A DNA stretch of 32,000 bases from Geotalea uraniireducens Rf4 (GCF_000016745.1 NC_009483.1:2940001-2972000), one strand, 5' to 3'; counted from the stretch's first letter, positions 9,301 through 16,667 are shown. Made by a program: numbers and translations. The notes: generated by a model not told the origin, from the sequence alone.

Positions 9301-12300
9301 CGGACAGCCCAACCCTGACCGACGTCGTGGATAGCTATGTATTCGCCGACGGCAGCGTGGCTACCCCGCAGGACATCCTCGACGCAGGGCTATCCTCGGT
9401 GGGAGCGGAAGGAGACGATTACTTCACCGGTACGGCGGGTAACAACATTGTGGAAACCGGAGGGGGAAATGACTACCTCGTCGGCGGATTCGGAAACGAC
9501 CGTCTTATGGGTGGAAGCGGGGACGATACCTATGAATTCAACCTCGGCGATGGGGTGGATACCATCGTGGACTTTAGTTCCCCCGGCATGGAGAACAGTG
9601 TCTATTTCGGCTACGGCATATCCCCTGACTCCATTTGGACCGAGGTCGAAAATGGCGCACTGGTGCTGAGGGTGGGTGACGGTGGCGACGCCATCCGGTT
9701 CGAGGGTTTCGATCCCAATATACCGGACATGCCGCAGCCGGTGGGGCGCTTCGATTTCTGGGACGGCTCAAGCATGAGCTTTTCCGACCTGCTCAGCCGT
9801 GGATTCGAGATAGTCGGCACGCCGGAGCAAGATACGCTCATCGGCACTTCCGGTGACGACAGGATTCGTGGGCTTGCCAGCGATGATCTACTCAAAGGCA
9901 ACGCCGGTGACGACACCTATCTATTCCAGGCAGGCGATGGGGTTGACTCCATCGACGACGTCTCCCGACCGGGAGAATGGAACACCGTCGTGCTCCCGGA
10001 CGGCATGGCTCCCTGGGAAGTTTACCTTACCCACGACCCGGAGAAAGGAGAACTAGTCCTGAAAAGATGGGGTTCTGACGACGAGATCAGGATGACCGGG
10101 TTTGACCGGTTGGATCCCTTCGGCAACCGGGCGGTGGAATATTTTCAGTTTGGACAGAACGGGCAGATTTTCTCCTATGACGAGTTGCTCAACTTGAACG
10201 GATTTGAAATCAGGGGAACCGACGGCAACGATACCCTGCTGGGAACCGCAACGTACGACTATATTCGCGGAGGTGACGGCGACGATCTGATCATCAGCGG
10301 CACCGGTGGCGACTATCTTCGCGGAACTGGCGGTAACGATACCTATGTGTTCAATCGTGGAGATGGTGAAGTGGAGATAAGTGACTTTCTGGAAGAAGGC
10401 ATCGGCAACGTGCTCCGCTTCGGTCCCGGCATCACGCCGGAAGACTTGCGCAGACACCTTCGATTTGAGGATGGTTATTTTATCATCGCCTTCGACAACG
10501 GCGACACCATTTATCTTGATGGTTTCGATCCCAATGACGTGGACAACAGCCCTCGATCAGTGGACACCTTTGCCTTCGACGACGGCACGACTCTTTCCTT
10601 CGCTGAACTGGCACGCTACACGTTTGTAGTCGAGGGAGACAACCTCGACAACCTGCTGACAGGGACGAATCTGGACGACCGGCTCTACGGCTACGACGGC
10701 TCGGACAATCTGGACAGTGGCACCGGAGAGGATGTCCTCACCGGCGGGACCGGTACAGATGTCCTTCTTGGCGGCGGCGGTCGAGACGCTTATATCTTTA
10801 ACCTCGGCGATGGCGTAGATACCATAACAGATACCGCCGAAAACGGTATAGGCAATATCCTCAGTTTCGGCCAGGGAATTACCATCAACGACCTTTCCCT
10901 CTCGCTGACCGGAACGACTTTGACCATCGGTTACGGTGCCTACGGTGATGCCGTCATCATTGAAAATTTCGATCCAACCGGACTCAATGGAACCACGGTT
11001 ATCGACACCTTCGAATTCTCCGACGGCAGCGCCATCAGCTACCGGGAACTGGTCAACCATGCTCCCGTGGCGGCAGAGCCGCTACCAGACCAGATCGCTA
11101 CCCAGGACCAGCCCTTTGTCTTCCAGTTGCCGGAAACCACCTTCAGCGATGCCGACGGCGACCAGTTGACCTATCGCCTCTCGGTGTCCGGCTATGAAAC
11201 CCCGTCGGACTGGCTTTCCTTCGACCCGGCAACCCGCACCATCAGCGGCACACCAGGCAACTCGGATGTCGGAGCGCTGACAGTGACGGTGTCTGCAATC
11301 GATCCGGTAGGGGCCACGACCGGCCAATCCTTTATCCTGAACGTGGAAAATGTCAACGATGCCCCGGTAGTCACCGCGCCGTTTACCGACCAGCTTGCCG
11401 TGGAGGACCAAACCTTTGAGTTGATGCTCCCGCCCGGTTTGTTCGCTGATATCGACGCAGGAGATTCCTTGACCCTTTCCGCCACACTGGCAGACGGTTC
11501 GGCGCTGCCGTCCTGGCTTAATTTCGATGCTGCCACCGGAACCTTCACCGGCACCCCCGACAACAGTAACATTGGCAAGCTGCAGTTGTCCGTAACCGCT
11601 ACCGACCAGTCAGGTGCTAATGTCACAGCTGCTTTCGCCCTTGAGGTAGTCAACACCAACGATGCACCGATGGTTGTTGACGCTATTCCCGCACAGACCG
11701 CACTGGAAGACAGCAATTTCAGCTTCACGCTGCCTGCCACGGCCTTCAACGACATTGACGCCGGTGACGCCCTGACGCTCTCCGCCGCACTATCCGACGG
11801 TTCTACCCTGCCGGCATGGCTGCAGTTCGATGCTGCAACCGGAACCTTCGCCGGCACGCCGGGAAACGATCAGGTCGGCAACCTGAATATTACGGTTACC
11901 GCCACGGACCGAGCCGGAACGACCGCCGGCAGCAGCTTCGCCCTCACTGTCCTTAACACCAATGACACACCGGTAACGGTAACACCGCTGACGGCACAGA
12001 ACGTCGTCGAAGATCAGACCTTCAGCTACCAGATCCCCGCCGATACCTTCAAGGACATCGACAGCTGCGACAGTTTGACCCTCTCCGCCACGCTGGCGGA
12101 CGGTTCGGCTTTGCCGTCATGGCTTTCGTTCGACGCACCAACCGGTATGCTGACCGGCACCCCCGGCAACGACCAGGTGGGAACCGTGAACCTTTCGGTA
12201 ACGGCCACCGATCTGTCCGGCGCAACCATCTCTACCGGACTCAGCCTGACCGTGGACAATGTCAACGACGCACCGGTAGTGACCGGCGCCATCACCGACC

Positions 12301-13697
12301 AGATTGCCCAGGGAGGCCAGCCATTCAGCCTCGCCATCCCCACCAACCTGTTCAGCGACGTAGATAAGGGCAACATCCTTACCATTACCGCAAACAGTAG
12401 CGACGGCACCAACCTGCCTGCCTGGCTGACCTATGACCAGGTAAGCGGCATCCTGTCCGGCACACCTGACAGTTCCGCAATCGGCAGCTATGGTGTAAAA
12501 CTGACCGCCACCGACCAATCCGGCTCACAGGTCGACACTTCCTTCAACATTAGCGTAACCAGTGTGCCCGCCGGCAACAGCGCACCAGTAGTAACACCGG
12601 ATACAGCCGAACTCATAGAAGATCATTGCCCCCCCTATGTGACAGGCAACGTCCTTGCCAACGACAGTGATCCGGATGCCGAAGACAGCCTCACTGTTGC
12701 CGACCCGGGCTTTGTGCGGGGCGAGTATGGCTACCTGGGGCTCTCCAGTGATGGCAAGTACGGATATATGGTCAATAACCGGTCCTATGACGTGCAGTCA
12801 CTGGGACGCACCGCCCAACAGGTGGAACATTTCAGCTACACCGTCACCGACGGCGAGGCAGAAGTTGCCTCTTCCCTCGACATCACCATCAAGGGCACCA
12901 ACGATGCCCCAGTGGTGGCCGAGCACCTGTCCGACCAGCGCGTCAAGAATAACAGGGCCTTCAGCTTCGCCATCGACTCCGACAGTTTTGTCGACATCGA
13001 TAAGGGAGATGCTCTGACCTACACTGCCACTCTGGCCGATGGCAAGGCACTGCCGGACTGGCTGAAGTTCAATGATAAAACCGGTATTTTCTCCGGAACC
13101 GCTCCCAAGAATGCGGGCTACCTGGATATCAAGGTCACCGCCACCGACAGAGTTGAAGCCACCGGCAGCACAGAAGGCAGCCTCTCCGTTTCCGACACCT
13201 TCGAGATTAGCTTCGGCAAAAGCAGGAAGGGGTCATCATGCCGTGACGAGGACGACCATAAGGACAAATTGGACTGGATGAAAAAGGCTGGATCTGATCG
13301 ACATGAAAATGAACGGGATAGCTACAGGTCCGACCATGACGATGACCGTGACATCCGACGCAAGGATGATCATTCGGCATCGACCTCGAAAGAGTACCTT
13401 GACAGCAACCAGCTTGATGACTACCTGCAGGAGGTTGATCAGCCCTCTCCCGGAACCGACCGCGAGATTGCCGCACGCTGGCAGGCAGTCAGTGATGCGT
13501 TAAAGCAGGAACTAGCCGATTTCGACAACGACTTCGGGAACCATCGCAAACAATCCGGCGACTTCTCCTCCATGAATTATGACCACAGCTTCGGCTTTGG
13601 CAGGGGCATTGCCGATAACGGCCTGCTGACCGCCGGCAGCGGTACCGACCTGAAGGACTTCAAGGGTCTGAAGGAAGGGATGCGGAGATTGGGATAA
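2901..13697 (+). CDS. Giant (3598 aa) RTX / cadherin-like Ca-binding protein, presumed T1SS substrate, with an NlpC/P60-like N-terminal domain
   Basis: Single uninterrupted ORF. It holds many GGxGxD nonapeptide runs, repeated RTX-associated beta modules ending in F[AS]DGT, tandem cadherin/He_PIG-like repeats (LP...F.D.D.GD.LTYSA.L.DGS.LP.WL.FD..TGT..GTP), a VCBS-like segment and a non-repetitive C-terminus. It is flanked by HlyB and HlyD genes. Confidence 0.92.
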   Translation: MGNNVIINAKNKYGNGGYDYGYGGNGTKDTDRNGKLDIDCSHLVNDALQQSGYDIPYMTTGEMRGSKGNKYFDNVSPDDVRPGDIIVFKGHTGVVESYDPETNTGKFFGSQSKGPATTEFGTDTIKGWDKPFKILRPKGDDPDPGPGPGPGPGPGPGPGPGPGPGPGPGPGPGPGPGPGPGPGPGPGPGPGPGPGPGPGPGPGPGPGPGPSPGPRPRPTPGPTPGPSIPNNYQPPRDPLVVDLDRDGVETVGIGSRVMFDHNNDRIATTTGWIKSDDGLLARDINGNGKIDSGLELFGDQTKLSNGLTASNGFSALRDLDANNDGKFDPNDPAFGELRIWRDLNQDGNSQAEELTTLSDAGVAYIDLAAVNRNVWQNGNTIASESTLTKEDGSTATIAEVNLANNPADSRFVDTVTVSDAAMALPALQGSGKVRDLQEAATLSPALQEVLTRYSAATTRAEQLALLDELLLTWADTSGMSKSLEERDPAAYRVEYLSFGNIRRSDHLVKNTAGGITSGTVQNAADPLIDETYRGLIDTWNNRIHILESFYGSYFFAVPGQAQEGSGARTGMWVDYTGSTALNAANKNKPALAINYAQPQLDMLGQDYQALRQTVYDGLILQTRMRMYLEIIDTTTTYTDTYSDIDIYDDSYTYTNTYSGSDPDIKPETAIGYTFDVTRLTQAFVDKIDADPINGITDLIEFNRCTKGLLADTPWDGATLLENKIRSLPITPELQALYQEFNVRFNGIQGGNGDDIILGDDQSRTIYGGNGNDTLFGGGGNEMLVGGNDNDIISGGAGDDQLRGEAGDDQYIFGRGSGNDNIVDGQGRNSILFSGLNPGDITVTTPNSYNDDFVFSIKDTGETLHIAGGWNWYWYENTSINRFIFADGTVWNKENAINAATSYPTEGDDLIIGSRLTDSIDGLGGNDTIIGRSGDDVIDGGAGDDLLIGSAYAYNDYYTGAQRINATVVEANGNDIYYFGRGSGRDTIIDGDDTQNTDRLRFFEDVAPSDIAVSRNNDDLILTIKDTGDSVTIRNHFLENYPGAPEHHDYEVELIEFADGTKWTWNTLRDMLLTGTDGADTIIGYRQDDAISGGAGNDYIDARSGNDVISGGDGNDTISAGLGDDIIDGGTGDDTIYGTDSHYYDVAYDAPRNDNDTYLFGWGDGHDTIYNRNESLISSDTIRFKDGITASDVRFEGVLGYNEDLRIVLGDGTDSITVKNWFASAYYQIARMEFSDGTVLDAAYVASHLVKEGTAGNDVILGSRQSETISGYAGDDTLYGGDGNDRLDGGSGNDMLAGGYGNDTYLFGRGDGHDTAYEGFGNGYYWVNSPDDAIEFKADVLPEDVIVRRLGNDMLLTIKGSDDQLTVKDTFNDYNESNRIEQARFADGTIWDYTTLLTLALQGTSDDDILEGGAGNDVLDGGAGNDLLRGRDGGDTYRFGRGYGNDVIEESGWGGVDTVEFQAGIIPSDLTFTIDTNGALLITIKGSGDSLRLSNGTYNIERYVFSNGTTLTSADINRLAATLPSAESIVGTAGDDILVGSDINSTILGLEGNDVLSGADGDDWLEGAAGNDTLAGNMGDDNLYGGDGDDVLNGGSGRDYIEAGNGANVIRFEQGSGVDFVRTRLADGQADTIEFGAGITSADLQVQLGNQRYWDIQPGDSGYATLVVGTGDDAFRIEVDGWSTDISRSSVQRFRFNDGTELSLEQVIAMNDGGIAGWQSGFDGDDILVGSNADDDINGYDGNDAIRARAGNDYLNGGAGSDLMDGGSGNDYFYAGSGSDVLAGGRGDDTLIGSSGEDTYLFNLGDGNDIVEDNWDGGRKTISFGVGIVPDAVSAMMDEYGNLRLLVDGGVGGSLTLLRWFQQDRLTMQEPLTVERVQFVAADGSVRIYDLAGLVRGVAPLLSSSTFTSPVALFADAASNDITLAALPADGDAAVAYAQSGNLFGTASYGASSVPTDGDDRLMGTEWGDSLEGGAGNDLVYGLDGDDYLDGGSGHDRIDAGAGNDAIYGGSGNDLIMAGEGDDFVHAGTGNDIAYGGLGNDTFVFNAGDGLLTIEQDYMEYAGGGEYGGDLPMFASFASYGGDYGGGYGGGTESNVLSFGVGITLSDLRFSERDGYLIIDIPSTGDQVRLAGYNPDSPTLTDVVDSYVFADGSVATPQDILDAGLSSVGAEGDDYFTGTAGNNIVETGGGNDYLVGGFGNDRLMGGSGDDTYEFNLGDGVDTIVDFSSPGMENSVYFGYGISPDSIWTEVENGALVLRVGDGGDAIRFEGFDPNIPDMPQPVGRFDFWDGSSMSFSDLLSRGFEIVGTPEQDTLIGTSGDDRIRGLASDDLLKGNAGDDTYLFQAGDGVDSIDDVSRPGEWNTVVLPDGMAPWEVYLTHDPEKGELVLKRWGSDDEIRMTGFDRLDPFGNRAVEYFQFGQNGQIFSYDELLNLNGFEIRGTDGNDTLLGTATYDYIRGGDGDDLIISGTGGDYLRGTGGNDTYVFNRGDGEVEISDFLEEGIGNVLRFGPGITPEDLRRHLRFEDGYFIIAFDNGDTIYLDGFDPNDVDNSPRSVDTFAFDDGTTLSFAELARYTFVVEGDNLDNLLTGTNLDDRLYGYDGSDNLDSGTGEDVLTGGTGTDVLLGGGGRDAYIFNLGDGVDTITDTAENGIGNILSFGQGITINDLSLSLTGTTLTIGYGAYGDAVIIENFDPTGLNGTTVIDTFEFSDGSAISYRELVNHAPVAAEPLPDQIATQDQPFVFQLPETTFSDADGDQLTYRLSVSGYETPSDWLSFDPATRTISGTPGNSDVGALTVTVSAIDPVGATTGQSFILNVENVNDAPVVTAPFTDQLAVEDQTFELMLPPGLFADIDAGDSLTLSATLADGSALPSWLNFDAATGTFTGTPDNSNIGKLQLSVTATDQSGANVTAAFALEVVNTNDAPMVVDAIPAQTALEDSNFSFTLPATAFNDIDAGDALTLSAALSDGSTLPAWLQFDAATGTFAGTPGNDQVGNLNITVTATDRAGTTAGSSFALTVLNTNDTPVTVTPLTAQNVVEDQTFSYQIPADTFKDIDSCDSLTLSATLADGSALPSWLSFDAPTGMLTGTPGNDQVGTVNLSVTATDLSGATISTGLSLTVDNVNDAPVVTGAITDQIAQGGQPFSLAIPTNLFSDVDKGNILTITANSSDGTNLPAWLTYDQVSGILSGTPDSSAIGSYGVKLTATDQSGSQVDTSFNISVTSVPAGNSAPVVTPDTAELIEDHCPPYVTGNVLANDSDPDAEDSLTVADPGFVRGEYGYLGLSSDGKYGYMVNNRSYDVQSLGRTAQQVEHFSYTVTDGEAEVASSLDITIKGTNDAPVVAEHLSDQRVKNNRAFSFAIDSDSFVDIDKGDALTYTATLADGKALPDWLKFNDKTGIFSGTAPKNAGYLDIKVTATDRVEATGSTEGSLSVSDTFEISFGKSRKGSSCRDEDDHKDKLDWMKKAGSDRHENERDSYRSDHDDDRDIRRKDDHSASTSKEYLDSNQLDDYLQEVDQPSPGTDREIAARWQAVSDALKQELADFDNDFGNHRKQSGDFSSMNYDHSFGFGRGIADNGLLTAGSGTDLKDFKGLKEGMRRLG
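3330..3520 (+). repeat. Perfect hexanucleotide microsatellite (CCTGGT)31 encoding (Pro-Gly)n, inside the giant CDS
   Basis: Direct reading gives 31 consecutive identical CCTGGT units from 3330 to 3515, plus 5 further in-phase matching nucleotides (3516-3520). The first deviation is at 3521 (ggc codon). A degenerate Pro-rich tail with mixed codons runs to about 3585. Confidence 0.98.
5140..11056 (+). repeat. About a dozen tandem modules within the giant CDS, each an RTX nonapeptide run plus an RTX-associated beta domain
   Basis: Recurrent pattern GG.G.D.L.G...D.Y.F..G.G.D.I.D......D.I.F..GI...D......DL.I......D.[IL].[IV]..[WF]......IE.F.F.DGT. I counted 12 module ends by eye. Confidence 0.8.
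11057..12565 (+). repeat. Five tandem cadherin-like / putative Ig (He_PIG-type) repeats of about 95-100 aa
   Basis: Each repeat ends in V.N.ND.PV. DNA-level similarity is visible between repeats, e.g. gacggttcggc.ctgccgtc.tggct near 11490, 11795 and 12100. Confidence 0.8.
12577..12918 (+). other. VCBS-like segment of the giant protein
   Basis: NSAPVV...GNVLANDSDPD..DSLTV.......G.Y.Y.V........L......F.YTVTDG......L.ITI.GTNDAPV is the typical VCBS pattern. A sixth cadherin-like repeat follows (12919-13215). Confidence 0.6.
13216..13697 (+). other. Non-repetitive C-terminal region of the giant protein: charged D/H/R/K-rich stretch plus presumed T1SS secretion signal
   Basis: T1SS substrates carry an uncleaved C-terminal signal (established). 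No sequence consensus exists to confirm it here. Confidence 0.4.
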
Positions 13698-13730
13698 AAC
13701 AATCTGCATGGACAGGCCTGTGCTGAGATT

Positions 13731-13787
13731 AGTCCCTTAGAAAAATTATTTGCATGTTTTTTGCGAAGAATTTTTCGTGAAGGGACT
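13731..13787 (+). terminator. Compound hairpin between the giant gene and the glycosyltransferase gene (possible attenuator)
   Basis: AGTCCCTT (13731-13738) pairs with AAGGGACT (13780-13787). An inner pair is GAAAAATT (13740-13747) with AATTTTTC (13769-13776). There is no clean 3' U-run. Confidence 0.3.
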
Positions 13788-13820
13788 TATCCCGTTCATA
13801 GGGGTTACGATGAGGAAACC

Positions 13821-15050
13821 ATGAGCCGTTTTTTGCTGGCATGGGCATTGGGTGGCAATTACGGCCATTTGGGTAAATTGGCACCACTGACGAGAGCACT
13901 CAAGGATAGTGGACATGATGTGGCCCTTGCCGTCAGGGATCTTTCCACTCTGGGGCAGTTCCTTGACCGTTCCGAGGCGACTTTTCTACAGGCGCCTGTT
14001 GACGCCCCCCCAAGATGGAGGCTACAGCCAGCGAGCTTTGCCGATATCCTTGAAGAAAGCGGTTTCGGCAATCCTGACCGGCTTGATGGGCTGGTACGAG
14101 GTTGGCACGGCCTCTTTGATCTCTACCGACCCGACGTGGTGGTGGCGGAATATGCGCCGTCAGCCGTATTTGCCGCTAAGCTGGCAGGTATACCCTGTCT
14201 GCGTATGGATACCGGCTTCGCTATTCCGCCGGAGATGAGCCCCTATCCCTGCTTCCGACCTTGGCTCAAGCTACGAAGGGAACAGCTGTTGGGAAAAGAG
14301 ATGAACATGCTGCAGGCCATGAACCAAGTTCGCAAGGACTATGGCCATTCTGCGCATGAGTATCTCTTTCAGGCAGTGCAGGCCAACCTGACCCTGCTGA
14401 CAACTGTGCCGGAGCTTGATCACTACCCGGCACGCAAGGGAGGTTGCTATATCGGCCCGCTGTTGAATCTGGACACAGGGCAGAATGTCCCCTGGCCTGG
14501 AGGAAATGGAAAGCGGATATTTGCCTACCTGCGCCCTTTTCCAGAACTTGGGCTGGTACTGGATGGGCTCAGGGACTGTGGCAGTCAAACCATTGCCGTG
14601 GTTCCCGGCATCGACCAGGAGCTTTGCGACAGGTATAGCGGCAGCAATCTTTCGATCACCAGCCAAACTGCGGCATTGCGGCCTATCCTGACCAAAGCGG
14701 ATCTGGTCGTTTCCCATACCGGCCATGGCCTGACATCGGCGGCACTGCTTGCAGGGGTACCGACATTGGCAATACCGACCCAGATCGAGCAGATGATGCT
14801 GATGAGAACCATCGAACGAATTGGTATAGGTATTGGTATCACCCCCAATGCACTACGGGCACATTTTCAGGAAGTCCTGCAAAAAACCCTTGCCGATCAA
14901 GAGATTACCCACCGAACACAAGAGATTGCAGCCAAGTACAGTCGGTATGATGAAAAGAGAACCTTGGCTCGTCTAATAAAAACCATTGAGCGACTGCCTG
15001 AAGCCATCAGAAACAGGCAGCCCGGCAAACAGGAGAAAATAAACAGATGA
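13821..15050 (+). CDS. GT-B fold glycosyltransferase (GT1 / UDP-glycosyltransferase-MGT-like)
   Basis: N-terminal GGNYGHLGKLAPLTRALKDSGHDVALA and C-terminal VSHTGHGLTSAALLAGVPTLAIPTQIEQ match GT1/Glyco_tran_28_C-type donor-binding motifs. The start is placed at the ATG at 13821, preceded by GAGGA. The track ORF starts at a TTG at 13761. Confidence 0.8.
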   Translation: MSRFLLAWALGGNYGHLGKLAPLTRALKDSGHDVALAVRDLSTLGQFLDRSEATFLQAPVDAPPRWRLQPASFADILEESGFGNPDRLDGLVRGWHGLFDLYRPDVVVAEYAPSAVFAAKLAGIPCLRMDTGFAIPPEMSPYPCFRPWLKLRREQLLGKEMNMLQAMNQVRKDYGHSAHEYLFQAVQANLTLLTTVPELDHYPARKGGCYIGPLLNLDTGQNVPWPGGNGKRIFAYLRPFPELGLVLDGLRDCGSQTIAVVPGIDQELCDRYSGSNLSITSQTAALRPILTKADLVVSHTGHGLTSAALLAGVPTLAIPTQIEQMMLMRTIERIGIGIGITPNALRAHFQEVLQKTLADQEITHRTQEIAAKYSRYDEKRTLARLIKTIERLPEAIRNRQPGKQEKINR

Positions 15051-16465
15051 ATGAGCAGCACCCACCAAAACCTTCCCGCTTGGCGAGGTTGTCCTCTTGG
15101 CTGTTCAGTGCCGCCGAAACAGATTCGTTGGACTTTGCCCCTTCCATGGTTCAATTACAGGAGAAGCCGCCGGCACCGCTGGGACGGACCGTGTTGAAGG
15201 TTGTAGCGATACTGTTCTGTTGCGTCCTGCTTTGGGCTGTTCTGGGGCGACTGGATATCGTGGCAGTTGCGGAAGGTAAGCTGGTACCGAAGACTTACTT
15301 GAAGATCGTGCAGCCTTCTGAACAGGGAATCGTGGAGGAGATCATGGTCAAAGAGGGGCAGTCGGTTACCAAGGGGCAACTCCTGATGCGGATGGATGCG
15401 GTACTCTCCACTGCGGAAGGAAAATCCCTGGCTTCGGAATTCCACCGTTTGCGGCTTGCCCTGCGCCGGATCGATGCAGAACTGGCAGGCAGACCGCTTA
15501 CCAGGGAGAGCAATGACCCGCCTGATCTGTTCGCGCAGGTATCAGCACAATATCATACCAACCGTCAGGCCCATCAGAGCGCCATTGACGAGCAGCAAAG
15601 CGTACTGGAGCGCGCCAGCCAGGATATGGCCTCTGCCCGGGAAATCAAGGCAAAGCTTGAGCAGACACTCCCCCATTACCGTGAGATGGAAAAGGCCTAC
15701 GAGGATCTTTTCAAAGTAGGAACAGTGGCAAAGCTTCAATTTTCAGAGAAGCAACGTGATCGCATTGAGAAGGAACATGACCTTAAGACCCAGGAGTACA
15801 CCCTAAAAAGCAATCAAGCACTGATGGCCCAAACTCTGAAAAATATGGCTCAGCTTACTGCCGACAACCGGCGACAGTTGCAGACAGAACGAGTTGAGAC
15901 AATGGGACAGCTTGAGAAGATCACACAGGAGTTGGCCAAGCAGCAGCACCGTCACCAGCTGCTGGAATTGAAGGCCTCCAACGACGGAGTTGTGAAGGAT
16001 TTGGCAACACATACCGCCGGTACGGTGGTAACGCCGGGGACAATCCTGATGACCCTGGTACCGAAGGAAGAACCGCTGCAGGCTGAGGTATGGGTTAGCA
16101 ACGAAGATATCGGCTTCGTGCGTCCTGATCAACCGGTGAAGGTCAAACTTTCTGCCTTTAGCTTCCAGAAATACGGCATGTTGGACGGAAAAGTGGAGCA
16201 GGTCAGTGCCGATTCCAGCGAAAATCCAAACCAGAGCGGAACGATCGATTCGACCACGTCAGTTCCCCCCAGGGACCTAAGCCGACTGCGCTACAAAACC
16301 CTGATCGCTCTTTCCACCCAGCAACTCATTGCCGACGGACAGAAGCACAAATTGACACCGGGCATGCAGGTATCGGCGGAGATCAAGCTCGGTACGAGAT
16401 CGGTGGTGGAATATCTGTTCTCGCCGGTGACGAAGGCCTTCCATGAAGCGGGGCGAGAGCGGTAA
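15047..16465 (+). CDS. HlyD-family type I secretion periplasmic adaptor (MFP)
   Basis: N-terminal TM segment, a long coiled-coil region (residues about 120-300) and a C-terminal beta-barrel ending in GM.V.AEI..G.RSV.EY..SP. The ATG overlaps the glycosyltransferase stop (ATGA at 15047-15050). Confidence 0.92.
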   Translation: MNEQHPPKPSRLARLSSWLFSAAETDSLDFAPSMVQLQEKPPAPLGRTVLKVVAILFCCVLLWAVLGRLDIVAVAEGKLVPKTYLKIVQPSEQGIVEEIMVKEGQSVTKGQLLMRMDAVLSTAEGKSLASEFHRLRLALRRIDAELAGRPLTRESNDPPDLFAQVSAQYHTNRQAHQSAIDEQQSVLERASQDMASAREIKAKLEQTLPHYREMEKAYEDLFKVGTVAKLQFSEKQRDRIEKEHDLKTQEYTLKSNQALMAQTLKNMAQLTADNRRQLQTERVETMGQLEKITQELAKQQHRHQLLELKASNDGVVKDLATHTAGTVVTPGTILMTLVPKEEPLQAEVWVSNEDIGFVRPDQPVKVKLSAFSFQKYGMLDGKVEQVSADSSENPNQSGTIDSTTSVPPRDLSRLRYKTLIALSTQQLIADGQKHKLTPGMQVSAEIKLGTRSVVEYLFSPVTKAFHEAGRER

Positions 16466-16496
16466 AGACGAGGCGTGTGAGCAGAATCGATGTGCG

Positions 16497-16528
16497 AAAA
16501 AGAAAAGGTCACAGCATAAGCTGTAACC
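16497..16528 (-). terminator. Rho-independent terminator downstream of tRNA-Arg (may also serve hlyD)
   Basis: Stem GGTCACAGC / GCTGTAACC (8 of 9 pairs), loop ATAA. On the minus strand it is followed by a T-rich run (plus-strand A-run 16497-16506). Confidence 0.5.
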
Positions 16529-16538
16529 CCTTGATTTA

Positions 16539-16615
16539 TGGCGTCCCCGAGACGATTCGAACGTCCGACCCCTTCCTTAGGAGGGAAGTGCTCTATCCTG
16601 CTGAGCTACGGGGAC
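16539..16615 (-). tRNA. tRNA-Arg (anticodon CCT)
   Basis: Hand-folded cloverleaf. Acceptor GTCCCCG/CGGGGAC, D stem GCTC/GAGC, anticodon stem CTTCC/GGAAG with loop CTCCTAA, T stem GGACG/CGTCT with loop TTCGAAT, discriminator G, encoded CCA. Length 77 nt. Confidence 0.93.
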
Positions 16616-16667
16616 ATAGGCTAACTACTTGATGTTTTTAGCTTTTATCATGTTGCAAGTCTGATCA

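Noticed and set aside
3680-13709. Dozens of antisense or out-of-frame ORFs inside the giant gene, e.g. 6057-6836, 6918-7850, 10557-11060, 11192-11857 and 12026-12518
   Set aside because: GC-rich repetitive coding sequence (GGC/GAC-rich) has few stop codons on the opposite strand. The translations are low-complexity (A/V/G/D/S-rich) with no motifs, and all are nested in a strongly supported CDS.
13761-13820. The TTG start at 13761 for the glycosyltransferase and the TTG start at 18312 for the hydrolase, as given by the ORF track
   Set aside because: Downstream ATGs (13821 and 18282) have proper GGAG-type ribosome-binding sites. They also begin where the conserved domain or TM segment starts.
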